DNA of 64,000 nucleotides from an uncultured Nitrososphaerota archaeon (GTDB lineage Archaea > Thermoproteota > Nitrososphaeria > Conexivisphaerales > DTJL01). The notes beneath the pieces were generated by a model. The model searched no databases. It was not told the origin of the DNA and was given only the letters and a program-made list of their open reading frames with translations. The stretch is taken from the NCBI GenBank assembly GCA_963842885.1, contig CAWJIE010000003.1, positions 416,001 through 480,000 on the forward strand, in the 5' to 3' direction. Shown in pieces: positions 48,554 to 59,700 of this stretch (the stretch's first letter is position 1; every line of letters begins with the position of its first letter). A program made the translations under genes and the position numbers.

Positions 48554-49911
48554 ATGCGTGAAGGCGAAGTCTTGGTTTCAGGCGGGACCGTCGTCACCTC
48601 TGATTCTGTCTTCAAGGCCGATGTCCTCGTGACCGGAGGGCGCATAGCGAAGGTTGGCAGGAACCTGATGGCCGATGGAGGAAGGGTCTTGGATGCCACC
48701 GGGCTCTTCGTCCTCCCGGGTGCCATCGACGGGCACGTACACATGAGGGACCCGGGGCTCACCGAGAAGGAGGACTTCTCCAGCGGGACGGCCGCCGCCG
48801 CAGCCGGCGGGGTCACCACTGTGTTGGAGATGCCCAATACGCTCCCTCCGGTGGAATCCGTGCAGAGGCTTCTGGAGAAGAAGGAGGCCCTTTCGCCCAA
48901 GGCCGTCGTCGATTTCGGCCTCTATAGCCGTGCTTTATGACGGCAACGCCAGCGAAGTGGTGGGCATCGCAAGGGCTGGGGCCGTGGGCTTCAAGGCTTT
49001 CATGGGCCCCACCACCGGGAACATACCGCCTCCCTCCGATGCCTCCATCTTCGAGTCCCTTTCTGCTCTCAGGCCGCTGGGGGTGCCCATCGCCTTCCAT
49101 GCGGAGAACCAGTCCATGATCACCTACTACACCAACAAGGTCAGGGCCACCGGGAGGATGGACCCCAAGGCCCATTGCGATGCCCGGCCCCCAATCTGCG
49201 AGACCGAGGCCGTCAACAGGGTCTCCTTCTTGGCCAGCAGGTCCGGAGGGAAGGCTCACATCGTCCACATCAGCACGGGGGAGGCGATGCGGCTGGTGGA
49301 GGAGCACAGGGCCAGGGGGGCATCCATCACCTGCGAGACCAACCCACAGTATCTCTCCATGACAGAGGAGGACATGGCCAGGCTGGGCGGCTTGGGCAAG
49401 AATCAACCCTCCGCTGCGAACTGAAGCCGACCGGAACGCGCTGTGGGATGGGATTGCTAATGGCATGGTGGAGTGCATAGGCTCCGACCACGCACCCCAT
49501 CTCGTGTCGGAGAAGCTTGGGACGAACATCTGGGACGTTCCCTCCGGTTTCATCGGGGTCGAGACCCTTCTGCCCATCATGCTGGACTTCGTAAGCCAGG
49601 GGAAGATCTCCCTGCAGAGGGTGGTAACGCTGCTATCTAGGAACCCGGCTAGGCTATATGGGATTGCCGAAAGGAAGGGCGAGATCAAGGAGGGCGCCGA
49701 TGGTGACCTCGCCATCGTGGACCTGACCCAGGAGCGGATAATCAGGGCGGACCTCCTTCATAGCAAACAGAAAGTTACCCCCTTCGAAGGGAGGAAAGTC
49801 AGGGCCACCATCAAATATACGATAGTCAGAGGGAACGTTGTCTACGACGGTGAGGTCCTGGCCCCCGCCGGCGAATGGGTCAGGCCGAGCTGGGCCGACG
49901 CGACCTCGTAG
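48554..49911 (+). CDS. Dihydroorotase/allantoinase-type cyclic amidohydrolase (frameshifts near 48925 and 49405)
   Basis: DGHVHMRDPG, MPNT, FKAFMG, HAEN, HIVHIS, SDHAPH. Confidence 0.85.
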
Positions 49912-49981
49912 GATAGCTTCTTCGACGGCCGGATACCTGCCCCTGCAATGTTAATGACTTCCTTTCATGAGATTCTATGCA

Positions 49982-50922
49982 ATGCACATCGCGGTCTTCG
50001 GTACCGGCAGAGTGGAGCGGCCCACGGCCTTCGCCATCATGCTGAAAGACGTCGCGGACGAGCTGACCGTGTGCGACACCAAAGCTAACCTCGCAAGAGC
50101 CGTTAGAAACGACCTTTCACACGCGGCTCCTGGGTATCACCTTGACACGAAGTTGTATGCGACCGAGAAGGATGAAGACGTCACCGGGGCCGACGTCGTG
50201 GTCATCACCGCCGGCTTCCCCAGGCCCCAGGGGTCCACATCAGCCGAAGGGACTTGGCGTCGAAGAACGCCTCCATAGTCGCACAGGTAGCTTCCGCGTC
50301 CAGGGACAGGAACCCAGGCGCGAAGTACGTCGTCGTCACCAACCCTGTCGACTCCATGGCCATGGTTTGCCATAGGTTCACCGAAGCATCCTTCGTAATC
50401 AGCACCGGGACCAACCTGGAGTCGCAGAGGCTCAGGAGCACGCTCGCAGAGAAGCTTGATGCACCAGCATCGGCTATACAGGGTTGGGCTGGCGGCGAAC
50501 ATGGGGAGAAAGCTGCCGTCCTGTGGTCCACCGTCCGAGTGGAAGGTCTTTCCTTTGAGGATGCGACCGCCAAAGTGGGCACGGCCCTCACGAGAGAAGA
50601 TGTGGCCAATCATATCCGGGCCGTTTCGGAGACGATAGTTGACGGCTTGGGCACGACCGAATACGGTCCTGCGGCCTCCTTCTCGAGGATTGTCAACGCC
50701 ATAGTGAGAAATACCGATGAGGTGCTGGCAATTGCCACGCCCCGTCGGATTCCGGGAATCGAGGAAGACGTCTGGGTGAGCGCACCTGTCAGGGTAGGGC
50801 AGCGGCTGGATACGTCGCCCTTTGAGGCGCTTCTCCCAGAGGAGAAAGGGCTGGTCGCTGACGCGGCCTGGGCCATTTACGAGACGTTCAACGTGGCCTC
50901 CGCCTCGCTCGCATCCAAGTAA
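49982..50922 (+). CDS. Malate/lactate dehydrogenase family protein (frameshift near 50235)
   Basis: ADVVVITAGFPR, VTNPVD, GEHG, TEYGPA. Confidence 0.82.
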
Positions 50923-50959
50923 AAGGCAATTAAGCCACAGATAGGGACCTAGGGACGAC

Positions 50960-53104
50960 TTGAACGGAGTCGAATCCTTCTTCTCCCCCCGTTCCATCGC
51001 CATAGCCGGCGCTTCCGTCGATCCCTTCAAGGTCGCTTCGGTCATCTTTTCCAACCTCATCAGGAACGCTAAGAGCGGTCTGCTGAAGGCTTCGGTCTAC
51101 GCCATCAATCCTCGATACCGGAAGATTGGGGACGAGCCATGCTATAGGGACGTGGATTCCCTCCCTGAAGCCCCGGAGCTTTTCGTCGTGGCCGTGCCTC
51201 TGGGCCTGACGGTCGACTTGGTAAGACAAGCCTGTAACAGAGGTTCGAAGGCCATCATCATAATCACCGGCGGGTTCGGCGAAGCCGGCCACGAAGACCT
51301 TGAAGCTGAGATAAGGTCAATCACTTCAGCGAAGGGGGTCAGGGTCCTGGGACCGAACACGATCGGCCTCCTTGACACGACCTCGGGGGTCGACACCCTC
51401 TTCCTTCCCACGACCAAGAAGCTTCCCTCCGGAAGAGAGGTTGTTTCGCTTAATCCGCCGTCCAAGGGCGGGGTGGTCATCGTCACCCAGAGCGGCCACC
51501 TAGGTGAAATCATCGCCGAGGAGCTCGGCGCCAATCAAATAGGTGTGCGGGCGCTAGTGGGGGTGGGCAACCAGCTGGACGTCTCCATCGGGGATGTCGT
51601 GGAGCACTTTGCCGACGACCCGCAGACCAAGGTGGTGGCCCTCTACCTTGAAGGTCTGAAGGACGGTCGCCGCTTCCTCAGAGAGGTCTCCCGCGCCGCC
51701 AAGAGCAAACCTGTGGTCGTGTTCAAGCTGGGCAAGTCGCAGGCAGGCGCAAGAGCCGCCCTTACGCACACCGCCTCCATGGTGGGCGACTACCAGGTCT
51801 ACCGCGCTGCCTTCAGGAAGGCCGGCCTTCTGGAGGCCGAGACATTGGAGGACCTAGTGGATTACTGCACGGCCCTGTCGTTGGCCCCTGCGGCCTCCGG
51901 GAACAGGATCCTCATCATCACCAACGCCGGCGGCTCCGGCGCCATAGCCGCCGACAGGAGCGATAGGATGGGCCTGCGAGTGGAACCCCTGAGCGAAAGG
52001 GCGGTCAGCGGGATCAGGTCAGCGTTCGCAGATTCCAGCTTCATCAGGATCGTGAGCCTGAATAACCCTCTCGATCTCACGGCGACGGCCACCACGGAGG
52101 AGTTCGTCGCCATCTCTGAATACCTCGTCACGTCGCCCGACTACGACCTCATGGTGGTCGTTCCCACGCACCAGCCTCCCTCCATCGAGTATGGCATCGT
52201 GGAAGGCATCGTGAAGGTGGCGAAGAAGACGAAGAAACCAGTAGTCGTGTGCGTCATGGGCACCTCAGAGCTGGCCCACATGTTGCACTCCGAGTTCCTC
52301 TCCAACGGGGTGGCGAGCTTCCCGTCCCCCGAGAGGGCTATCGGAGCGCTCTGGGCGCTCGTCCAGAGCCAGAAGCTCAGGGCCGGGATTTCGCCGCCGG
52401 AGGAGCTCCGGAGCGACGACAGGGTCTCCTGGCTGAAGGAAAGGAATGGGTTCCTTCTGCAGCTCGACGCCAGCAGGCTGCTCGCTGAATACGGCATCGA
52501 CTCCGGGCGGTGGATCGTAGCATCGTCAAAGGAGGATCTCGCAAAGGCCGTACGCACAATCGGTTTCCCGCTGGTCTGCAAGTTGCTCTCGAAGGACCTC
52601 ATCCACAAGACCGAGAAGAATGCAGTGAGGCTGAACGTCAAGAGCAGGGCCGAGCTTGCCTCCACATTCGAGGAGCTTCGTGCCCTGGCCGCCCAGTCCA
52701 AGCTTCATTTTGACGGCGTGCTAGTGCAGGAGATGCTGGAGAAGGGCGTGGAGATGATACTCGGCAGCCTTCGGGATCCCACCTTCGGCCCCACGGTGAT
52801 CCTGGGAATGGGTGGTGTCTACACCGAGGTGTTGAAGGATTTTGCCATGGGGGTGGCGCCGGTCGACGAATCGGAGGCCGCCGACATGATAGCCAGCCTC
52901 AGGATGCGCACGTTGTTGCGAGGGTTTCGAAACCTTCGCAAGACGGACGAGGCGGCCCTGGCTGCCGTCGTAGCAAAGTTCTCCAGGATGCTGGTCGAAA
53001 ACCCCAGCCTGAAGGAGGCGGAGATAAACCCCCTCATCGCCGTCGGCGGGAGGATGGTCGCGGTGGATTCTCGAATCATCGTCCGCCAGCGTCTTCCCAG
53101 GTGA
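50960..53104 (+). CDS. ADP-forming acetate/acyl-CoA ligase, fused alpha-beta
   Basis: LGPNTIG, QSG, THTASM, TNAGG, HKTE, EINP. Confidence 0.92.
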   Translation: MNGVESFFSPRSIAIAGASVDPFKVASVIFSNLIRNAKSGLLKASVYAINPRYRKIGDEPCYRDVDSLPEAPELFVVAVPLGLTVDLVRQACNRGSKAIIIITGGFGEAGHEDLEAEIRSITSAKGVRVLGPNTIGLLDTTSGVDTLFLPTTKKLPSGREVVSLNPPSKGGVVIVTQSGHLGEIIAEELGANQIGVRALVGVGNQLDVSIGDVVEHFADDPQTKVVALYLEGLKDGRRFLREVSRAAKSKPVVVFKLGKSQAGARAALTHTASMVGDYQVYRAAFRKAGLLEAETLEDLVDYCTALSLAPAASGNRILIITNAGGSGAIAADRSDRMGLRVEPLSERAVSGIRSAFADSSFIRIVSLNNPLDLTATATTEEFVAISEYLVTSPDYDLMVVVPTHQPPSIEYGIVEGIVKVAKKTKKPVVVCVMGTSELAHMLHSEFLSNGVASFPSPERAIGALWALVQSQKLRAGISPPEELRSDDRVSWLKERNGFLLQLDASRLLAEYGIDSGRWIVASSKEDLAKAVRTIGFPLVCKLLSKDLIHKTEKNAVRLNVKSRAELASTFEELRALAAQSKLHFDGVLVQEMLEKGVEMILGSLRDPTFGPTVILGMGGVYTEVLKDFAMGVAPVDESEAADMIASLRMRTLLRGFRNLRKTDEAALAAVVAKFSRMLVENPSLKEAEINPLIAVGGRMVAVDSRIIVRQRLPR

Positions 53105-53704
53105 TTAGGCCGGTCCGGCTGACGCCGCCGCTTTCAGCCCGGCGTGGAACACTTCGACAGCTGCCTCTCCCCTCTTCCCTAGCACATTCCCGATGGCAAC
53201 CTCGACGGACTCCGTCGGGAGGAGACTGGAAAGGCCGCAGAGGACCCCCAGCATATAGACGTTCGCGGACCGAGGCTGACCCAGCCGGCTGGCCTCCTTT
53301 CGGGCTTCAATCACGTGCACCCTCCCGCCCCGACTCCCCAAGGCCTTCAACATCTCATTGACAGCCGGGAACTTCTCCTTCTTGGTGATGGTGGTTATTG
53401 TCTCCTTAATCTCGGGGTCCACGAGGACCAGGGCGCCCTTTTTCAGGTACCCGAACGATCGCACCGCCTCGGATGTCTCGAGCGCCAGCATCACGTCGGC
53501 CGAATCTTGGGGGAACAGCGGGCTCCTGACCTCCTTCCCTATCCTGACGAAACTCTGGACGCTACCTCCTCGCTGGGCCATTCCAAGCGTTTCGCCCGTC
53601 CTCACGGAGAGGCCGGCATCGACGGCCGCCTCGGCGAGTATCCTCGACAGCGTGAGGCCTCCCTGCCCTCCCACGCTGGCTATCAGGATGTTGAGCTCGT
53701 TCAT
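53105..53704 (-). CDS. iorB: Indolepyruvate:ferredoxin oxidoreductase beta subunit
   Basis: VGGQG, GMAQRGGSV. Confidence 0.9.
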   Translation of the reverse strand: MNELNILIASVGGQGGLTLSRILAEAAVDAGLSVRTGETLGMAQRGGSVQSFVRIGKEVRSPLFPQDSADVMLALETSEAVRSFGYLKKGALVLVDPEIKETITTITKKEKFPAVNEMLKALGSRGGRVHVIEARKEASRLGQPRSANVYMLGVLCGLSSLLPTESVEVAIGNVLGKRGEAAVEVFHAGLKAAASAGPA

Positions 53705-55563
53705 TCTTCCTTGACCTCGATGATGGCCTTGTAGGGACACACACCTGCGCAGAGACTGCATCCTACACAGTCCTCTTCGATGATCCTGACCTTGTCGCCA
53801 TCCAACGTCAGAGCAGGGCAGCCGAGGAGGTTGGTGCACACGTCGCAGCCCGTGCAGAGGTCAGGGACGATGGAATAGGTCCGATGCTCTCCTCCCCTCT
53901 TCGTCAGGATGGCGCAGGCGCGCTCGACGATTATCACGCTTACGCCGGGGGAGCCCAGAGCCTCCTTCACCGACTCGGTTAGCTTCCGAGGCTCGTAGGC
54001 ATCCATCTTGTAGATCTTCTCCACGCCCAGCCCCTTCACGAGCTGCTCCAGCAGCACTGGCTGCATCTCACGACCGCTGTCGCTCAGCGCGTCGGCAGGG
54101 GTGGTCTGATGTCCTGTCATGGCCACCGTGGAGTTGTCCAGTATCATTACGACCACGTCCAGCTTCTTGTGGATGGCTTCGATGAGAGGTTGCACCCCAG
54201 AGTGTAGGAAGGTGGAGTCGCCTATGACGGAGACCACCGGCCCCTTGAATCCTGCCGCCTTCAGGCCGGCGGCCATCGAAATGCTAGCCCCCATGCTATG
54301 CTCCGTCCAGATCGCCTCGAAGGGAGGGTTAAGGGCGAGGGCATAACATCCGATGTCACCGAAGATGGGGACTTCACTCTTCTTGAAGCCGGCCTTCGAG
54401 ATGCCGCGCAACAGGCTGAAGTAGCTCCCTATGTGTGGGCAGCCTGGGCACATGGGTGGGGGCCTGGAGGGCAGCTTCAGTGGCATCTCGATGGCGGAGG
54501 AGACCGTCGCCGGCAGGCCTAGACACGCGGCGATGGCCGCCCTGACGTCACCCGTGTTCAGCTCTCCCACCTGAGGCAATAGTCCCTCGCTCTTGCCGAC
54601 GATTTCCACGCTCAGTTTGGCGTCATGACAGGCGGCCTTCAGCTTGACCTCAAGATATGGATCAATCTCTTCAACTACCAAAATCTTGTCGTAGGACCGG
54701 GCATATTCGAGGAGCGACGCCTCGTCAAGCGGATAGAGGAGGCCCAACCTGAATAGTCCGCATTCGGCGCCCAGCTCGTCCATGGCGTCGAGGGTGTAGT
54801 TGACGGGAGCCCCGGCGGCGACGATGCCCAGGCGCCTGTCCCCCCCCTTCCTCTCAACTCCGTTGAGCTTGAACGGGGCTGCCATCGCGGGGAACGCCGC
54901 CAGCTGTCCCAGTAGCCAGGAGTGGCGGGCCCTGTTCCATCCCATCGAAGCCCTGACGAACCTGGGAGCGTCACGCTCAAACTTGATTTCGGAAGCGCGA
55001 GGTGACCTTGGCGAAGGCTCGACTTCGCCCACCGCATGGTTCACCCGAGTGGTGGTGCGGAGGAGGATGGGGAGCTTTGATAACTCTGAAAGCTCGATCG
55101 CCTTCTTCACATATTGGCGTGCCTCGTCCGGGCTGGCCGGCTCGATCATGGGCAGCTTCGCCAAGTCGGCAAACCATCTGCTGTCCTGCTCCGTCTGGGT
55201 GGTGATCGGCCCGGGGTCGTCGGCCACAAGTATGACCATCCCCCCGTTGACGCCGCAGTAGGCCGCCGAAAGAAGAGGGTCGGCGGCCACGTTGACGCCC
55301 GGCCCCTTCATAGTGACCATGGAGCGGGCTCCCCCTATCGCAGCACCTAGGGCGAGCTCGAGTCCCACCTTCTCGTTGACCGCCCACTCCACATAGCGGA
55401 CGGAACCCACGCCTTCCTTGATGAAAGAGAAGAGGGCCTCGATTACCTCACTCGATGGCGTTCCCGGGTACCCTGTGACGAACGCCATGCCGGACTCGAG
55501 GGCTCCGAGCGCTATCGCCTCGTTCCCCATGAGGGGGACCTTCTTACCGGGTTCTAGCGGCAA
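53701..55563 (-). CDS. iorA: Indolepyruvate:ferredoxin oxidoreductase alpha subunit
   Basis: GYPGTPSSE, EQDSR, CPGCPH, GDSTFLHSG, two ferredoxin motifs. Confidence 0.93.
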   Translation of the reverse strand: MPLEPGKKVPLMGNEAIALGALESGMAFVTGYPGTPSSEVIEALFSFIKEGVGSVRYVEWAVNEKVGLELALGAAIGGARSMVTMKGPGVNVAADPLLSAAYCGVNGGMVILVADDPGPITTQTEQDSRWFADLAKLPMIEPASPDEARQYVKKAIELSELSKLPILLRTTTRVNHAVGEVEPSPRSPRASEIKFERDAPRFVRASMGWNRARHSWLLGQLAAFPAMAAPFKLNGVERKGGDRRLGIVAAGAPVNYTLDAMDELGAECGLFRLGLLYPLDEASLLEYARSYDKILVVEEIDPYLEVKLKAACHDAKLSVEIVGKSEGLLPQVGELNTGDVRAAIAACLGLPATVSSAIEMPLKLPSRPPPMCPGCPHIGSYFSLLRGISKAGFKKSEVPIFGDIGCYALALNPPFEAIWTEHSMGASISMAAGLKAAGFKGPVVSVIGDSTFLHSGVQPLIEAIHKKLDVVVMILDNSTVAMTGHQTTPADALSDSGREMQPVLLEQLVKGLGVEKIYKMDAYEPRKLTESVKEALGSPGVSVIIVERACAILTKRGGEHRTYSIVPDLCTGCDVCTNLLGCPALTLDGDKVRIIEEDCVGCSLCAGVCPYKAIIEVKEE

Positions 55564-55667
55564 TCGGGATCACCTGACCACAGAGGCGGACTTGCAATAT
55601 TAAGCATTTCAGCCCGAAATTCTGGAAGTTCCAGATGAGGTGTCACTGGATGGCGTTCACGCTCCGG

Positions 55668-56138
55668 CTATCGCTTTGACCTCTTGTCCGCGGCAGCCAT
55701 AATTCCTTTCACGATGTTGGTGTAACCCGTGCACCGGCAGAGGTTCCCCTTCAAGGTCTCCCTGATCTCGGACTCCGTCGGAGCCCGATTCTCCCTGAGC
55801 AGCGCCTCCGAGACTAACACTATGCCGGGCGTACAGTAGCCGCACTGGACGCCGCCTTCTTCCAACAGGCTCTCCTGCGTGTCGGTCAGCCCTTCCGCCG
55901 CTATCCCTTCGATGGTCGTCACGTTTCTGCCGTCCGCGTCCGCGGCCAGGATGAGGCATGAGAGAACCGGCTCCCCGTCTAGGAGCACCGTGCAGGCCCC
56001 GCATTCCCCTATGCCGCAGGCATACTTTGTTCCCGTCAGCTCGGCTTCCTCCCGGATGATGTTCAAGAGGAGTGCGTTGTCCTGGATCTCGAACTTGCGC
56101 TCCCTCCCGTTCAGGCTGAGCCTCAGCATCCTGGTCAT
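55668..56138 (-). CDS. Molybdenum hydroxylase [2Fe-2S] subunit
   Basis: CGIGECGACTV, QCGYCTPG, NLCRCTGY. Confidence 0.93.
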   Translation of the reverse strand: MTRMLRLSLNGRERKFEIQDNALLLNIIREEAELTGTKYACGIGECGACTVLLDGEPVLSCLILAADADGRNVTTIEGIAAEGLTDTQESLLEEGGVQCGYCTPGIVLVSEALLRENRAPTESEIRETLKGNLCRCTGYTNIVKGIMAAADKRSKR

Positions 56139-57042
56139 AGAGTAGCCCCCCTGGCCCGGTCACGCGCCTGAACCAACGTGCGCCTGACAAGGACCGAGAC
56201 CAGCCTCCTCCTGTACTCGGCGGTTGACCTTACGTCGGTAATGGGTCGGGCCTCCTTCGATGCCTCCGCCGCCGCCTTCCGGAGGAGCTCATCCGAAGGG
56301 ACTCCCCCCACCAGGACCCTTTCGGCAGCAACGGCTCTCATGACCGTCGGCGCCACGGCGCCCAGTGCCACTCTGGCGCTCGAAACCTTTTCACCATCCA
56401 TGGTCAGGGCGGTGGCGACGTTCACTTTCGCCAGGTCCATGTCGGTCCGTGAGATGCGGGCGAAGGCAGTTCCCGTGCGCGCTGGGAGGTACGGAATAGA
56501 AACGCCAGTGAGGAGTTCATGCCGGCGCCAGGGCGGTCTTCCCCGGTCCCAAGAAGAATTCGGATAGAGGGACGGACCTCGTTCCGCGAAAGCCGGCCAC
56601 GTGAGCCGTCGAGTCCAATGCAAGGAGGGCCACCGAGCCGTCGGCGGCGGGGGACGCGTTGCATAGGTTTCCTCCGATGGTAGCCATATGGCGTATCTGG
56701 ATGGAGCCCACCGCGGAAGCGGCTTCTGCCAGAAGCGGGAAGGATCGCCTCACAACCTCCGACCTCTCCAGCTGGACAATCCTGACGGCGGCACCGATGT
56801 GGAGGCCATCCCTATGCTCTTCGATGCGAGCTAGGGAGGGGATTTTCCTGATGCTCACGACGGCGGAAGGCTCGACGCCGCGCTGCTTGGCCTTGACCAG
56901 CAGGTCAGTGCCACCGGCCAATACGGCGACTCGCCCACCCTGGCCGCTCAGCAGCTTCAGAGCCTCCTCGAAGGCTGTCGGGGCAGTAATATTCAAACGA
57001 CACAGGCACCATGCGCGTGTTGACGTTGTTTATGTCCTTCAA
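56135..57042 (-). CDS. Molybdenum hydroxylase FAD subunit (frameshifts near 56975 and 56520)
   Basis: AGGTDL, ATIGGNLCNASPAAD, DVRSTAEYR across frames. Confidence 0.88.
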
Positions 57043-57052
57043 AGGAACACCT

Positions 57053-59404
57053 CTAGGCTCCCTCGGGCCCTCCCTTCCGTCCAAGGGCCTCAATCAGGCG
57101 TTCGGGCGTCACCGGAAGCTCGTAGAACCTCAGGCCCACGGCGTTGTGGATGGCGTTGACCACGGCGGCGGCCACCGGGTTGTAGGAACCCTCGCCTAAC
57201 CCCTTGGCGCCGAAGGGCCCCGTGGGCTCGTAGGTGTGCGCGAAGAACGACTGGAAGTCCCCGACGCTGGGGAGGTCGGGCGCCGTAGGCAGCTTGTAGT
57301 CCGTCAGCATCCCCCTGTTCATGAAATCTCCCGTGCGCTCGTCATACGGAGTGTCCTCCAGGATGGCCATGCTCCAGCCCATGGCGAAGCCCCCCTGCAG
57401 CTGCCCCTCGGCCATCTGGGGGTTGATCACGGTCCCTACGTCCGCGGCAGCCACGACCTTCAAGGGTCGGACCTCCCCCGTCTCTGTGTCCACCTCCACC
57501 TTCACGAAGTATGTCACGAAGTGAGGGGGGCCAGAGGTGGGCCTGTAGCTGTCGATGGCCGCCACCGTGCCCCAGTTCTTCTGCCGTGCATAGGAGGTGA
57601 CTTCGCCGACCGTGGCCCTCTTGTGTGGGAGCGACTCGGCCAGGATCACACCCTGACCCAGCTCTTCGTCGGGGATTATCTTCAGTGCACTCTGGTTGAC
57701 CTCCAACATCTTCGAAGCGTAGGCCAGGAGCTTCTCCCTCGCCTGGAGCGCCACCTTGAGGACAGCTCCGCCGCCAGCGTACACGCCGCGAGAGGCGTGC
57801 GTGGCGACGTCATAGATGGTCGTCTGAGAGTCGCTCTGCACGATGGTTACGTTGTCTAGGGGCACGCCCAGGGCCTCAGCGGCGATCTTGGCAAGCGCCC
57901 TGTACGTCCCCCCGCCGTGGTCCACCAGCGCCGTCACTACGTCCACCGTGCCATCCTCGTTTATCTTGACCATGGCACCGGAGTAGTCTATGACTGCGCC
58001 GGAGATGGGCGACCCTGCGCTGGAGGTGTGGAAACCCCTCGCCATGCCGATTCCTTCCCTGAGGACTCCCCCCTTCGACTCCGGCGCTCCCCTGTCCTTC
58101 CACCCGATCATTTCGGCGCCCTTCACGAGCATCTCCTCTACTCCGCAGCTCTGTATGATCGTCTTGACGGTTATTCCCTGCCCGTAGAAGACATCTCCCT
58201 TGCCGACGTAGTTCTTCAGCTTGAGATCCAGCGGGTCCATGCCCAGCTTGTCCGCCAGCTCGTCCATGAACGTCTCCACCATCCACGACGTCTGGGGGTT
58301 TCCGTAGCCCCTCATGGCGCACGACGGGACCTTGTTGGTGTACACCGCCCGGCCGTCGTACCTGAAGTTCCTCCACTTGTAGTAGGAGGCCCACCAGCCG
58401 AAGACGGTGCTCAGGAGAGGATACGCCTGGACCTGATGGGCCCCTATGTCCATGATCATCTCCAGCGTCGAGGCCGTGAGCGTGCCATCCTTCTTGGCGC
58501 CCACCTTGAGCTTGAAGTTCATCGAGAAGGAGGCGTGGTCGCGCATGTCCTCCTCCCTTGTGTACACGATTTTGACGGGCCTCCTGGCCTTGATCGCCAC
58601 CGCGACCGCGATGGGCACGAGGATGTTCGTGTGGATGCTGGAGCCGAAGCTGCCTCCCAGAGAGGGCTTCTTCACGTTGATCTTGTTCATGGGGATGCCG
58701 AAGATCTCGTGAATCAGGATTCTGGTGTTGTGGATGGTCTGGGTGGTGGCCCAGATGGTGAAAATACCGCTCGACTCGGGGATGACGAGCGCCGCCTTGG
58801 TTTCGAGCTGAGAATGATACCTCCTGCTGGACCGATACTCCCTTTCAAGGATGACGTCAGCCTGGGAGAAACCTTCCTCCGGGTCGCCGTTCTCGACCTT
58901 CATCGCGCAGGCGACGTTCCTTTCGATGGTCAGAGGCCTGTCCGCCAACAGTATCTTCTCATGCACCAGACGCTTGCCCGACAGGGCCTCCTCCGTGTCC
59001 ATCACCGGCTTCAGCACTTCGTAATCTATCTTGATCAGCTCGGCGGCCCGCTGGGCCGCCTCCTCCGACTCCGCTGCGACGACGGCGATGGGCTCGCCGA
59101 CGTAGTTGGGCTCGTCGGTCAGGACCCTCCAGTCCTTATACGTCGTCTCGTCCGTGCTGGCAAGGCGGGGGTTGAACTGCTTCCGCGGCACGTCCTTGTA
59201 GGTCAGACACAGGGCCCCTGCCTTCTCGGCCTCCGACGTGTCTATGGACCTCACCTTGGCCCTGGGGTATGAGCTCCTGACGATTCGCCCGTACAACATG
59301 TAAGGAGCTCTCATGTCGGCCGCGAACCCGCTGCTCCCCAGTGCCTTGGGGACGGAGTCGAGCGCCCCGACATCCTTCCCAATCACATGAAAGGGCTCCG
59401 TCAT
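57053..59404 (-). CDS. Xanthine dehydrogenase-family Moco subunit
   Basis: GGSFG, AMRGYG, THASRG, GQLQGG, GAKGLGE; ATG at 59404. Confidence 0.93.
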   Translation of the reverse strand: MTEPFHVIGKDVGALDSVPKALGSSGFAADMRAPYMLYGRIVRSSYPRAKVRSIDTSEAEKAGALCLTYKDVPRKQFNPRLASTDETTYKDWRVLTDEPNYVGEPIAVVAAESEEAAQRAAELIKIDYEVLKPVMDTEEALSGKRLVHEKILLADRPLTIERNVACAMKVENGDPEEGFSQADVILEREYRSSRRYHSQLETKAALVIPESSGIFTIWATTQTIHNTRILIHEIFGIPMNKINVKKPSLGGSFGSSIHTNILVPIAVAVAIKARRPVKIVYTREEDMRDHASFSMNFKLKVGAKKDGTLTASTLEMIMDIGAHQVQAYPLLSTVFGWWASYYKWRNFRYDGRAVYTNKVPSCAMRGYGNPQTSWMVETFMDELADKLGMDPLDLKLKNYVGKGDVFYGQGITVKTIIQSCGVEEMLVKGAEMIGWKDRGAPESKGGVLREGIGMARGFHTSSAGSPISGAVIDYSGAMVKINEDGTVDVVTALVDHGGGTYRALAKIAAEALGVPLDNVTIVQSDSQTTIYDVATHASRGVYAGGGAVLKVALQAREKLLAYASKMLEVNQSALKIIPDEELGQGVILAESLPHKRATVGEVTSYARQKNWGTVAAIDSYRPTSGPPHFVTYFVKVEVDTETGEVRPLKVVAAADVGTVINPQMAEGQLQGGFAMGWSMAILEDTPYDERTGDFMNRGMLTDYKLPTAPDLPSVGDFQSFFAHTYEPTGPFGAKGLGEGSYNPVAAAVVNAIHNAVGLRFYELPVTPERLIEALGRKGGPEGA

Positions 59405-59700
59405 TTGCGGGACTGAGTTGTCCTTCGAATAATATATACATTTGAAACGCTTGAGAGCCTTCGGTCCGCGGAGATACTGGACCTGAACAAAGGTGATGAT
59501 TAATAGTCGGCTTCTCAAGAGACGGACAGGGATGCTATGCAGATAACAATCCAAAGGAGGTATCTCAAATACGTTGAAGCTTTGCTCGAAACGGGAATAC
59601 TGACGGAGAACAATGGACTGGCCAAACCACTTAAGCAAACTCTGCGGTCTTCTCTTTGGAGAAAACAACACGATCTACGCGAATCTCGAAGGCGGCTCTC

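Noticed and set aside
1327-57042. About 15 frameshifts as programmed frameshifting or mass pseudogenisation
   Set aside because: They are single-base indels, often at short homopolymers or dinucleotide runs, and hit rpl1, rpl11 and rnp4 while both sides stay conserved. Long-read error is the simplest explanation; read polishing would confirm.
43598-59404. Aerobic CO dehydrogenase (coxLMS)
   Set aside because: The large subunits have SFRGFG and AMRGYG, not the form I AYxCSFR loop.
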